A DNA stretch of 64,000 bases, from positions 1 to 64,000 of the forward strand of contig VJWM01000309.1 of assembly GCA_010909165.1 (NCBI GenBank), given 5' to 3'. The translations under genes and the position numbers were made by a program. The notes under the pieces were generated by a model. That model was not told where the DNA came from. It worked only from the letters and a program-made list of their open reading frames with translations, and made no database searches. The stretch comes from Anthoceros angustus. Taxonomy: Eukaryota; Plantae; Anthocerotophyta. Shown here piece after piece: positions 46,206 to 58,824 of the stretch. The first letter of the stretch is position 1. Every line of letters begins with the position of its first letter.

Positions 46206-48281
46206 ATGATGTTTACCATGCATTTTGCTAGGTTGTTGGTGATTTTGGTATGCTCAATTATGGGCTATGCATACGAATCACCATTCAAAATAGAGAGATA
46301 TGAGAATGTCGTCCTACCATTTGTTATATCCCATAATGTACGCAGGTCCATGTTTAACTTTCAGAGCTTCTTAAAAATATTGTTGATTGCTTTTATGACT
46401 AATAATGCCTCTTTCATGGTTATGAAGTAACATGTTATGAGGATTTATTTCATCAAGGTTGTAGACCATGTATTTATTATCTTTTGGTGTATGGATTTCA
46501 GCTTTCGGATGGCTCGATAGTTGATTGTGTGAAAATTGAACACCAACAAACAATGCAGCATCCACTCTTCAAAGACCATGTTATTCAAGTATGTGTTTTT
46601 TATTTACTTTAAAATGTATGTAGTCAATAACAACATCAATTTCTAGTGTCCTCTCCCGATTTTGTTCATAGATCATATGTGACATGTATTATGCAGACTT
46701 CACCAACAGCACCCCCAAAACCTATGAAAATAGGAAACAACACAAATCGACCGGTTCAACTTTTTGAACACGAAGTGGGTTCTTGTCCAAGGAGAACTAT
46801 TCCTATTCTACGTTCTTCAAGGGGAGATATTCAAAGTCAAAGAAAGTTGCAGAGGTTACCTACAAGAAAGACCATAGACTCAATAAGTGATGATCCCTAT
46901 GCAGGAGGCCACCATGTAAGTTATAACTTTATCTCTGAACCATTGTATATCATGACATAAAATGTGATAAAATATATATTTTGTATACATGTTTAATGAA
47001 GTAAAACCTAGATTTGTAAGAATATTTTGATGATGTTGACTTATGGTACTAACATTTTATCTCTTAAGTATGCACTTTATGCACAACGTGAATGGGGAGC
47101 GGAAGAGTACGGAGTCAATGGAGGTGGAGCACGGATAAGTTTTTGGAATCCTCAAGTGGGTGATGATGACATGTCTAGTGCGCGTCTAAGAGTTTCTAGG
47201 CCGACTGAAGCCGACTTTCACGAACCGGGTCTTGCATATGGTTCAAACAGTGCTGAAGTGGGGTGGCATGTAAGTCTCTTTCATATATGAATCTTTTTCC
47301 AAATTAAAATGGATGGCTAATCATTTTTTGCGGTGAAATATGGATGGCTAATCATTTTTTGTGGTGAGACACGGATGGCTAATCAAAATTGAAATGCCTT
47401 GAGCTTATATACATGTTTATCCTCAAACAGGTACTACCGTCCCTCTATGGAGACAGAAACCCTCATCTATATATATTTTGGACGGTATGTACTAGTCAGA
47501 ATAGGCCAAACATTTATTTGCTAAGTTTTTACATTTTTTGTTACTCACTTACATCAGATTTGTGCTTGTACAGGCAGATAATTATCAATTTACAGGATGC
47601 TTCAATGCCAAATGTTCAGGATTTATTCAAACATCGGAGGCTTACCTCTTGGGTGGTGGGTTTCATGGCGACTACGTGGGTACCAGCATGATGTTCTCCA
47701 TTCATAAAGTATGATATCTTATAATTTGATTGAATTTCTCTCTCTCTCTTGCTTATGAAGCATGTTTTAATTACCGTGAGTTGTTGTTGATAAGCATGCA
47801 TATGATAATTAACTGTTTGTGTCTTCATTGCTTCTTTGTGATGCAGCCAGGTTCTCCTCAAGATGATTTATGGTTGTACATTGAGGACCAACCAGTGGGT
47901 TATTGGCCAGCAAGTATATTTAGTCCATATGTTCTTCAAAATAACTACCCTCGTGATGTAGAATGGGGAGGCAATGTCTTCATTTCAAACAACGCATTAC
48001 ATGTAGAAATGGGGAATGGAAGGTTAGGTGATACCGGTGTTTCATCGGTACCATGTGGAGACAATGACGTACCAGCCCATTTTGCTGTTTTGCATTTATT
48101 AAAATTGGATTCGCGAGAGACTGGGTGGCGACTGACTTTCCATGATGACAATTTTCACATTATCGACCACGTGTTTGAATCGTATCCTTACGAGTTCACT
48201 GCAAAGATCCTCCTATCCCAACCAAGTGGTCCTTGTCTAGCTGGAGGTCATTGGATGTATTATGGTGGCATTTCCATGTAA
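46206..48281 (+). CDS. Neprosin-family (glutamic peptidase, DUF239) secreted protein, seven exons
   Basis: Signal peptide; activation peptide DGSIVDCVKIEHQ..HPLFKDHVIQ; SCPRRTIPILR; FWNPQV; SAEVGWH-VLPSLYGD..LYIFWT-ADNY..GCFN..CSGFIQ; VGYWPASIF; VEWGGNV; EMGNG; YYGG. Confidence 0.92.
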
Positions 48282-48510
48282 GATGATTAATTTTTACTTT
48301 GGAATATCAAACTTGAAATTCAAGTTTTGAGTGGATTCTATCATTTTTGATCCTATAAGTATGCTCTGTAAAATTTCAACGACTAAGAAAACATTGAGAG
48401 TCAGGCTATATTACCATGATTGAAAGTAGAAGACCGCCATAGATCTTCCTTGTCTATTTATGTTCATTCATGTTCAATCAAGCTTGATGATCGCACCAGG
48501 TTCCTCCAGT

Positions 48511-48703
48511 CAAAACTTGGGATAACCTCAACCGTTGTAAGCTTATGATCCCACCAAGTCCTCCTGTCAAAAACTTAGATAACCTCAACTTTCGAAGGCC
48601 TGATAGAAGGCAAAATATCTACTCAAAACTTAGGATAATCTCAACTCTTCTAAACTTGATGAACCCACCAACAAAAACTTAGGATAACCTCAACTGTTGA
48701 AGG
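48511..48703 (+). repeat. Diverged ~55-bp tandem repeat x4
   Basis: AAAACTTAGGATAACCTCAAC core at about 48512, 48570, 48625 and 48674. Confidence 0.75.
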
Positions 48704-48987
48704 ACGAGAACAGAGATAAACACTAAGCCCATTGAAGAACTAGAAAGGTAACTGTGCACCCTCATGTTTCCTGCAACCGAAGCAAAGCAGCATGCCTAGG
48801 TGATTAGGAAGCGAAGACTCAGAGATACTATCTTCAGATGGAGCAAAGTCTGCATGGAAAACAGCAACGTTTGCACGGGTTGATTGTGCTGAGCTGTAGC
48901 CTGTAAGTGTCCCAATTCTCAAATTCAAGCCCTACAACTCCAACTGCCAGATAAACACTTCCAGAGACAGTACATCGGTCCCTCCTA

Positions 48988-50200
48988 TATGCTTCTGCTT
49001 TCCCCCTGGCTTCTACTATGCTAGATTTGCCCTTCTGCAACTTTCTCCTCACTGTCTTCCTTGCGTAGATGAAAGCCCGTGCTGCACCTCTAGGCCTTGA
49101 TAGTTTCTCAAGATGTGGAAAACTATCGTCCTTCTTTCTTAGCAGCTGCTTTTGTGCGCCCCTTGGAGTAGATACACTTGTGCTGGTGAAATCCACACTC
49201 CCCCCGAATAAAATTTCAAGACACTAGTGGCCTCTGCCTGGCATTTGCTCTCTCATGCGCAGGGTACAGTACTATGAAGGAGGGAAGCCAAAACCTGCTT
49301 CTTTAGGTCTGCAACCAGCAACGTGCAGCACCTTCCTAACTTGGGCAAAGAACGAGATTACAGGCGATCATTATCTGGAGTGACAGCCAAGTCTAGCTAG
49401 CCAGTGTATAAGAGGGGATGCCCTCATTTGCTGATCAAGCGGGAAGCAACATTTCAGTCTCCACTTTTTTCTCTGAGTGCTGCCAGTCTTTCGTTGAGGA
49501 TTGCCGTGCAAGGGCCACCCTCCACATTGCTGTTGCAGTCCAGCAGAGTCACGCCTGTCTCGATATCTGTATGTATGTGTAGTCCATGATGTGCTTTGTC
49601 CACTGAAGTTGTTGTTGCAGTCCAGCAGAGTCACGCCTGTCTCGATATCTGTATGTGCGTGTAGTCCATGATGTGCTTTGTCCAATGAAGTTCCTGTTGC
49701 AGTCCAGCAGCGTCACGCCTGTCTCAATATCTGTATGTATGTGTAGTCCATGATTTCCGTTGTCCACTGAAGTTGCTGTTGCAGTCCAGCAGAGTAACGC
49801 CTGTCTCCATATCTGTATGTACTCGTAGTCTATGATTTGCTATGTCCACTGTCTGCCTCAATACATGTATGAGTAGGGATCTTCGAAATTGGTAGAGGAT
49901 GTATGGGATACACGAGACCATGCCAGAAATCCATCCTTTGGGTAATATCACAAAGAAGAGCATGGGTTGCTGTGTCCGTACACAAGGCCAATTCAGCAGA
50001 TGCCCTCGACGCTGATGTGCCAACTTTTCACTCTCCTCTGGCGGAACTCGCAATGCAGCCATGTCGTAAACCCTGGTAACCCCAACAAATACCTGGGGAG
50101 GAAGACGGGACCCAAATACCTGGGTAGGAAGACAAGACCTTTGATTTTGGTGTTGGGTTCCAGGACGGAGCCCTGCAGTGGCCTCCTGACATATGCTCAG
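48988..50200 (-). pseudogene. Fragmented TRM5-like copy head-to-head with intact ELP6
   Basis: 48988-49144 matches 34758-34914 (FPHLEKLSRPRGAAR). 49985-50080 matches 35087-35183 (ALRVP..RGHLLNWP). 50125-50200 matches the start-codon region. The pieces are separated by deletions and an 82-bp repeat array. Confidence 0.85.
49531..49850 (+). repeat. 82-bp tandem repeat x4
   Basis: TGTTGCAGTCCAGCAGAGTCACGCCTGTCTCGATATCTGTATGT... at 49531, 49613, 49695 and 49777. Confidence 0.92.
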
Positions 50201-50275
50201 CAGATGTCTAGGACGAGAGACCGATCCCGCCTTTAATTTCAGATCCTAAGCCCTATTTTCGGCAGGGGTCCAACG

Positions 50276-51463
50276 ATGTGGAGTTTGGACGAAGCTGTGG
50301 ACTGGACAAGCAAAGGGAGTCTGATCCTTGTGAAAGATACGTTGGCTGCCAAAGGGACCTTCGTCTTGCACCATCTGCTTAAGAGGCTCCTGAGAAATCC
50401 AGCAAATCCACAGGACCGGCGTGGAAGCGTGAAGGTTGTGTTTGTGGGGCTTGCCGATACTTTTGGGCACTACAACAGAGTTGCCAAAAAGCAGGTAAGG
50501 ATCAGTGCGACAACTTTGAGCTTTGCTTATCTCCATGTCTCCTAAGTCCAATGTTGGAAGAACAAACCTGTGTCTCTGTCTTGTTCATGTGGCAGGGGTG
50601 TAACTTGTCCAACTCTAGAGACAGTGGAGCTGTTGCTTTCCTGGAATTTTCCCCAGACAAGTTCCTGGAGAGTGCGAAGAAGGAAAGCACGGTGACACGT
50701 TCCTTGCAGTAAGTGGCATGCATCCTGATCTCGCCCCGATGTTTCTAATGATGCCATCGCCTCAGACCAGACCCGTGCTGCATAAACGTGCAGGAACCCT
50801 CTCTTCAACCTGTATAGCAGAATAAGACAGGCAGTAGGAAGGCTCCTTGTAGGCCACACCGAACACATATGTGTAGTGATTGATGATGCCTGCTTGCTGG
50901 AGGTAGCGGCTGCCGGCTCGCTGCACCATGTGCTAGACTTCTTACACTACTGTCGAGCACTATCCTGTCAGCAGGAGCAAGTAAGTAAATCCCATGTCCA
51001 GACTCCAGTTCAGAGTGGATTTTATAACCCTGACTGCAAAGTAGTATAACTGGTACACCTGGCTGATGGATGTTGGAACCTGTGTTTGCAGGGTTGCTCG
51101 CTGGTGGTGCTTGTTCACAATGACATTTATGACGAATCAGACCCCTTCTCCTTAGTTCATGCGTTGGAGTCTGTCTCTGATGTTGTGCTGAACGTGGAGC
51201 CTTGCAGCAAAAATATATCAACTGATATGCGAGGCGTGGTAGGGTATCTTTGCCATGGCCCTTCATTTTATCTTGATGCTGGAGTGGGGAAAGGAGAAGA
51301 TGTCTGAACCCTGTGTTGTGTGCAGCTAACTGTTATTCATCGTGCCATCCCAGCTGGTGCAGACGATGTTGAGGAGAAAACTGGTTGTACCCAGGAGGTG
51401 AGGAGAGTCCAAACAGTTCGGTTTGAATTGTTGGAAACTGGTGTGTCCTACACTGAAGTCTGA
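50276..51463 (+). CDS. ELP6: Elongator complex protein 6, five exons
   Basis: LILVKDTLAAKGTFVLHHLLKR..FGHYNRVAKKQ-GCNL; VVIDDACLLEVAA..VLDFLHYC; CSLVVLVHNDIY..SDVVLNVEP; LTVIHR..VRFELLETGVSY*. Confidence 0.88.
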
Positions 51464-52707
51464 CGATCTAATTCACCGAAGTCTGGTGTGTCCGACCTGT
51501 ATGACACATCTCGGTTGAAGTCCCAGTGGCATATACATCGTGCCATGCTTCTGGGCAAACTAATGTTGCTCGTTAGAAATGCAGGGCTCATTTAACGAGT
51601 TCCTTTGTGCTTTTGATCATATATCTCGATGTCCTTCGTTTTCCATAAGACATTCGAGCTGGTGTGTCCGCTGATGGGTCCGACAATCTGTACAGAAACC
51701 TGGCTGAGGATCTCCTCTCCGTGTCTGATCCTTCCCTTTGTAGGTTGCACGCAGAGGGCTGCAAGCGCGAGGTTGGTGGATCAAGAAGCAATCAACATTG
51801 CAGTGAACCATTTTGATAGCCATCCAGCTTCCATTTTGCCCTAGCATGCATCCACCATTCACAGACATGCCAACATTGGACTTGAAAAGGTTGCACGTAC
51901 AAGTACGAGGGAAGTAGACATGTAGAGGATGCATTCAAACTTGGCAGCCCCTTAGCAACGTCACGCAATTCCGGGACCAGGCTGCGTACGAGCTCGACGT
52001 CTTCACAACCAGCAGCTAGCCACGTGAAACATCCACACGGCTACGGTCTGTCTTGTCTCCTTGCAAGCCATTTAACATGCTTACAGTTTAGGGCGGGGGA
52101 AAAGGCCAAAATGGTTCCACGGCAATACATACACCAAGAGGAAATGGGTTCTATGGAAGTCCACTAAGGACAATTCGTACTCAGCTACTTGAATACCAAG
52201 AATTCTATTCAAGTCCACAATTGCACTACAGGTTGGCAATAGCCAAAAGTAAATCAGCCATAGTACAATCAGCCATAGTACAATCAGCCATAGTATATAG
52301 AACCATAGCTTAGTACCGTACCTGTTGAATGCTTTATCAACATGTCTTCTTTGTTGTTTTCTTTCACATCGATTGGGAGGAGTATTCGAGTTCTTGGATT
52401 TTTGAACTCCCTTCCTCTTTGGTGTTTCCGTTCACATCAAACAAACAAAACACATGTACATATGTTCAACACTTTGTACCATAACCATCACATAGCTATT
52501 GTTGTCTTCTTTCACACAAACATATTGGTTTCTACAACATGTACATGTGTTAAATGTTTCGTACTATAACCATCACATCTATATAAGTGGACCTCTTGAA
52601 CCCCTTCATCCATCCGCTCCATTCACAATCTTGTTTCTCCACCGTCTCTCCCACAAGGTTGTGTTTCTCTTGTCTCTTGGCCTCTAGGATTCTCAAGGCC
52701 CAACAAG

Positions 52708-53745
52708 ATGAAGACAATCGCAGTTATGGCTCTTTTGTTCATTGCAGCAATATATGCAGAGGCGAATGCAGGGACCAAACCTATTCAAAACAACCCTCCA
52801 ACTTCCGGGCATAGTTCTCCACCCACTCGTAGACCTCCTACCCCTCCTAAGAGTAAGTTCTCTCCACTTCTTTCACCAGGTTTCCTATTTTGGAGTTGTA
52901 TAGCATGAGTTATCATGGGCTTCCCTTGGCTTGGCAATCCTGACCATCCGCACGTCCACGCAGACCACTGCCCTCCAGGCTCCGTGTGCAAGGACCCGGT
53001 GATGAAGACCCAGAGCGGGCAGCAATTCTACTTCCACGGGACCAAGAACGCCGACTTCTGCCTGGTCTCCGACAGGGAGCTGCACATCAACGCGCACTTC
53101 ATCGGGCTGAGCGGCTCCAACTCCAACGTGAAGCACGATTTCACATGGGTCCAGTCCCTCGGAGTGCTCTTCGCCGGGAACCAGCTGTACATCGGGGCAA
53201 GGAAGGTGGCGGCCTGGGATCCCGCCCAGGACCAGCTGGTGATGGTGCTCAACTCCGAGCCCCTGGTCCTCCCCGCCGGAGCTGGCGCAGTCTGGCAGTC
53301 CCCCGACCTCGGCGTCTCGGTCACCCGGACCGAGTCCGCCAACGCCGTCGCCGTCGACGTCGCCGGGTACGTGAAGCTCACGGTTTTCGTGACCCCGGTT
53401 AGCGCCCAGGACGACGCGGCGCACGGATACGGCGTGCCCTTCGGCGCCGACTGCATGGCGCATCTGGATGTTGGGTTCCAGTTCGCGAGCTTGTCGGAGC
53501 AGGTGAGCGGCGTGCTCGGCCAGACCTACTCCCCGAGCTTCCAGATGCCCGCGGGATCTGGAGCCGGATCCATCCCCAGCATGGGGGAGAAGGAGAAGTA
53601 CGTCACTTCTGGCGTCATGGCGCCTGACTGCGCCGTCTCCCGCTTCAACACGGCTGCTGCGTCCAGCCTGCTAGTCGGCGAGGCGCAGTCCATCACATGC
53701 GGCTCTGCCGACGCCACGGGGCTCGGCATGGTCTGCCGCCGTTAG
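52708..53745 (+). CDS. Root-cap-domain / LEA-related secreted protein, two exons
   Basis: Signal peptide and Pro-rich exon 1, GTAAGT intron, then VCKDP..FYFHG..DFCLVSD..HINAHFIG..DFTWVQSLG..DCMAHLD..GVLGQTY..DCAVSRF..GMVCRR. Confidence 0.92.
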
Positions 53746-54367
53746 AGGGACAAACCAATACCGAGCAACAAACCAATATCGAGCAATACCGAGCATAAAT
53801 GTGTGAAACGAAGTCTCGCACATTGAAAATCAGCGCGCCCCAGCATAAGGGAAAACGCTGCCTGTCGTTTTTTTTTTTTTTGTTAGTTGTTGTTCTGTGT
53901 ACGTACATGTGTAGCCTCGCAGTTCCTTCGTCCTTATGGGCGTGGAAGTGAGTGTCGCCGACCTCCAACGAGTCGGTACATCTCTGATGAATTGCGGGGA
54001 ATCATCTTGGTATAAATAAAATCTTTCCCTCAGTCTTCCTGGACAAGCTCGGCATTCCTGCTGTGGCAACTTGAATAGCAACTCTAGACTGAAGATGTTT
54101 GATGACGTGGTTCACAATTCTATTTAGACTACTTCCAGACAAGAATGTAGCTTGGAAGCTGAGTTAGGTCGTGAGCTAATTTACACCTGAAGGAGTTCTG
54201 CTCAGAAGAAGCAAGCAAAGAAGAAGCAAGCAAAGAAGAAGCAAGCAAACAGGCTCCGAGGATGTGCTGCAATAGATAAACAAGTTTTGACACCAGGGTT
54301 TTCTTCGTTTGCTGGGAGTGGATGTAGATTTTGATCTACCTTGGTAGGGAGGAGGGCGTGAAGTCGA

Positions 54368-56527
54368 CTACCATGGGTCAGGAGGCACGTTCTTAGGCTG
54401 TGACGGGTTGGGTTGAGATCGCCAGCTTTGCTCAAGGAGAATCAGGCGCAGGCGCTCCAGAAGACGGTCGACTGCCACGTGCTCTTGTTCGGCAAGCGAG
54501 TTGAGGGATGCCGGAGTTCGTCTGAAGTCCTGGAGAATGCACATCGTCCGTACATGTGAGGGACGCAGGTTATGGAACTGTTAATATCAGGTTCATGATG
54601 TGGGAAAGGGCAACACACCTCAGACATGGAATATGCCGAGAGATAAGAGTAGGCGTCCTGGTAGAGTCCACAGTGGAAGAGGAGCATCCCGTAGTCCCTC
54701 TTCTCAATCTCATCGGCACCCAGGAGGACAAGCCTTTCTGAAGCTGACGGAACAAACACAGAAAGATTATGTATGATAGGACCAACTAGGTCTTGTGGTT
54801 CATGTATCACAGACCGTTAGCCATGTGCACTGTACATACACATTGAAGGGCATACCTGCCAGAGCCCGGCGGATGTCTCCAAAACTTGAACTGGTCCATA
54901 TCCCACGCTGCAATCGAAGCTGTGCAGCCCTTGCAAGAGCAGCATCTGCACCTCTGTTTCGTATCACATAACGGACAATGGTTGGAAGCGATCTGGAGCA
55001 ATCGAGCAATTGATTGAACCTAGGGCACAAGAACATACTTGCTGCTTGATGGAGCTGCGAACAGGCTTTCATAGGGGGTCATGGAATCCGACCGGGTGCC
55101 TCTGCTGGCTGCATTGGCGGCCTCCAGAAACTCAGAACCATGACTGGAGCTCGCGGAAGACTTCCAAGGCCAGAAAAGCTGCTTTAGGCTCCTGAGCACC
55201 TGACAGCTCTTCCTAAGTCAGCCATGACGATCTGGGCAGCTAGGGTAGGACTGCTCAACTCAAATGCAGCATGACAGTGAAAGTTGTGGCCCAAGTACCT
55301 CAACAAGAAGAAGCTGTGGCGTTAAGACAACCGGTTGGAGGGCTTCTCCTGAGGGTTCTCGAACCTCAGTCTTTATGTCAGGGTGGTTTGAAGTAGCATG
55401 GGCATGAGGGAAACCGAGAGGGTCAATTGGGAGCTCAACCTCCGCCAAAAAATCTGTCGCTCCAGAAATGTACAACCTTTTTACAAGTTCGCTGTAAATC
55501 AATGCTAGCATCAGTGGTGTTCCCATTCTCCGAGTCAGCACCTGCGAAAATGTACTGGTCAAATAAAGCTAGTGATGGAGATGACTTCACTGGTCAGAAT
55601 CACTTTCAAGAGCTGTTTTTCTGCTTGAAGCTTTGCCCATGTGCAAGCACAGACATGTCTCAATCGAGCAAGTTCCTTACAGAGTTGAGGTAAGAGTCCC
55701 TTGCATCCGCAACGTAACCTGATGTGGCTCTCCTAAACCCCTGATTAAATCAGGCAAACACAAGCTTACTAGTAAGCAAGCTGTATCCATCTTCTATGGT
55801 CAACATAATGTGAGAAAGAAATGTCAAGTGCCTGGCGTCCTCACCTTGTACACAAACAAGAAATTGTCTAAAGCATCGAAGACTGCTGCGTCAGTAGCTC
55901 TTGCCGGCAAATAGTGCCCAGCGAATTCATTTGCCATTCCATCTATTCTCTCCATATATGAGTCCACAGGAAGTGGAACAGACGAGTGAGATACCAAAGC
56001 ATCATCTTCTGCCGCTATGTCCAAGGCAGCCCTGGCAAGATCCAACGAACTGGTAATAACCCTGCCAACCTCAGCATTTTGCAGCTTCTCGATTTCTCTT
56101 GAAAAGTCTGCACGAGCAGCCTAGAGGGTTCAATACAAAATTAGAGCATGCCAGACCCTTGTGCTGAACGAAACTGTGCAATGCGACGGGAGAGGAGAGG
56201 AGCGTGTGAGAAAGAAAAGGCTTAAAACTGGGAATGCACACCAAAGACAGAAATGGGCGACGACGGATGTGGAAATACCCGAGCATGAAATGTGTCGAGA
56301 CCTGCTTCATCCATAAAGTCATGAAGACAAAACCTCAGCGGAGTGATGTCTTCACTGCTTTCCGCTTGAGAGGCTAAGCACCTGGAGGAAGTTCGAACAG
56401 GAGGTGAAAGCCAGGGCTCCCTGTTTGTGCTCAATCCTTGCTGTGTTGTCACAAGCCAAGACCCTGATCCGGAGGGCCTGTGATGGATAGAAACGGCACA
56501 GTGCCATCCCTGAAACATGGTGATCAT
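54368..56527 (-). CDS. Transglutaminase-like / SirB1-N-domain protein (At4g19160-like), multi-exon
   Basis: LRFCLHDFMD; DLARAALDIAAEDDALVSHSSVPLPVD; YLNS-VLTRRMGTPLMLALIYSE; RLQRGIWTSSSFGDIRRAL; ASERLVLL..EKRDYGMLLFHCG; last exon ends ERLRLILLEQSW..PDPW*. Confidence 0.85.
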
Positions 56528-57232
56528 CTTATGAACAAAGGAAGGAATCTGCCGTTGCACAAGGGAAAAGCAACCCGGCAGCCCTCAGCAAGACAGATTT
56601 CAGTGCCTTGCAAATTCTAAATTTCCCATCTACTAGCGCCAATCGCTCCTCCAATCTGGGTCAACAAGCAGGATTCGGGTCACTCGGAGCATGTACAGGA
56701 GGTGAGCTCATGAATTCATTGAATCAGCGAATTCACCGAGCTGTCTCAGCAACAGTGCGAGACAACAGCGACTCTACGACGAAGTAAGCACAGCAGACTG
56801 CCGCTCTTGGGGCCGCATTTCTGCAAGGCGGGGTCCAGACTGACTCAAGAGCAACTTGGCAGCATGGCAGAAGCAAGCGGCGAAACCGTTTCGCCGGAAG
56901 GATGCACGCCATCGGACACAAGGATCGAGTCTTAGTGGTGACCGGGTTTTGCCAGGCGGAATCTGTATCTAGAATCCAGACGAAGCAGAAGTAGGAAGAA
57001 CTGCCCAGGACCGATCAACTATCTACGTCTACACCTGTTGCTCGCAAAAAAGAGCTCTCCAGGTGTCGTACTAGCCAGCTCTCTTTTCACAATGGCGACA
57101 GCTACATGCTGCGTGGTCTGGGGGAGCAGGAGCAAACTGCCACTTGGGCTTAGAAGTACTTCTGGAGCTAAAAAGAAGCCCTAGGCAAGAGAGCAAGACT
57201 CGGCAAGACGTGATTGAACGAGTTCATTTGAG

Positions 57233-58824
57233 TCACACTATTTTGGTGGCTGCCTTGGAAGTATTCAGCACGTTCTTGACGTTTTCCTTCAGCTTTCCAT
57301 ACACCAAGTTGTTGATCCAGGGAATGTCCTTGTACTGGAACGCGGAGGACGAAGGAGCAGAAGAGGGGACCTTGCTTCTGCTTTTGTGTAACCACTCTCC
57401 TGCTTTCAAGTACCATTTGCTATCTGCAAACACGAGCGAACAAGACGGATCAATTCTCTAGCCATCAAAGAAGTAATTAAACCTGTGGCAGCATACTTTG
57501 GAGCATAACAGCTGGATGCCAATTCAATGCATGTTCTGGCTTACCTTGGTTCCCATCTGCCGGCTTCGTTAAGGCATAACCATTTCGAGAAGCTAGCTGA
57601 ATCTTTCTTGCCCTCTCCATAGCTTCCTTCTCTGCTTTCTCCCGAATGCGGTTCCTCTCCTTCCTCGGCGACCTGGTACTTCTGGGGCTGCTGATCAGAG
57701 GGGCGGGCCTGAGAGGGCTGCCCAACTCCAAATCCATGCCGCGACGGTAGCCACCACCAGTAGTGGGTGATGCTGGTCTGGAGGTGCTGTATACAGGAGT
57801 GATGGACTTGATGCTCCCAGGACTAGTAGGAATTGAAGTGCCATAACCTCGAGGACTGGGAGCATTGAGCGTTCGTGGGGAAGAGAGAAAACTCCTCCTC
57901 ACATCATCCACCTTGGTAACAGATGCAGCCGGAGTCGCCCTGCCCATGGACGGGGACCTTGAAGGAGTGCGAGGGCTTCTGGGTAGCTGAGGATGTTGGG
58001 CAAACCCGGGAGTGGCCTTGGCTTGAGCACTTCTCCAGGAACTAGGAGTCCTTCCAGTGGACCACTGCTGCCTTGGTGCCCTGGATGACGACGGCGTCCG
58101 AGCCATCCTCGGTGTATTCCCTGACCTGTCACGTACTACCACCAGAGACCGATCACTTCCGGCATCTGCAGCGAACTTGGAAGCTGAAGGGCTCCCCAGA
58201 AGTGCACCCACATCAATATCCGCCTCTATCCAGGCAGGAAGCTTCAATGGATCATGCAACATATCTGCAAGCTCTACGCTGGGCCTGTGGAACCCAATCT
58301 TGCACCTGGTTCCAGGAAACTTGCCCAGATACAGCTGCACCCTGATGGGTAACCGGGGACGAGGCTTCATATCTCGTGTCGAGAGCACTGGAGCACATCT
58401 TGCCAATACGAAGCCATTCAGTCCCACGATGGGCATAACACCGACACTGCAAATCCACAAACCCATGTCAGACACAACACAATGCACTCGATCACTCTCC
58501 GTCACCTGCCAACGACCCGAAACAGCAATCCTGGAAGAAACAAGACACGTACCCCTCACAAAACCAGCAAGCCTCCTCGCTCGAAGCTACCTTCTTCCAG
58601 CCAAACAAGGGAGCTTTGGGCACGTTGAGCCCCGAGCCCTTGCACCTAGGACACCGGGTTCTATCCCCATCCACATTTCCCCACAACCCAGTCACCTGCT
58701 TCACCCACGTCTGAATCTTCTCAAAATGCCCCGCCGTCTGCTGCTCCATCTGGCGCGTAATCAGGGACCAAGAGAAGGGAACCCGCACCACCTGCGACAT
58801 GGCCATACCCTCTCCACCCACCAT
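57233..58824 (-). CDS. DnaJ-type CxxCxGxG zinc-finger protein with long Ser/Pro/Arg-rich disordered region, three exons
   Basis: CPRCKGSG...CWFCEG|VG, the second motif completed across a GT-AG intron. A second intron (GTAAGC donor near 57544) joins in frame to DSKWYLKAGEW..KIV*. Start uncertain. Confidence 0.65.
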
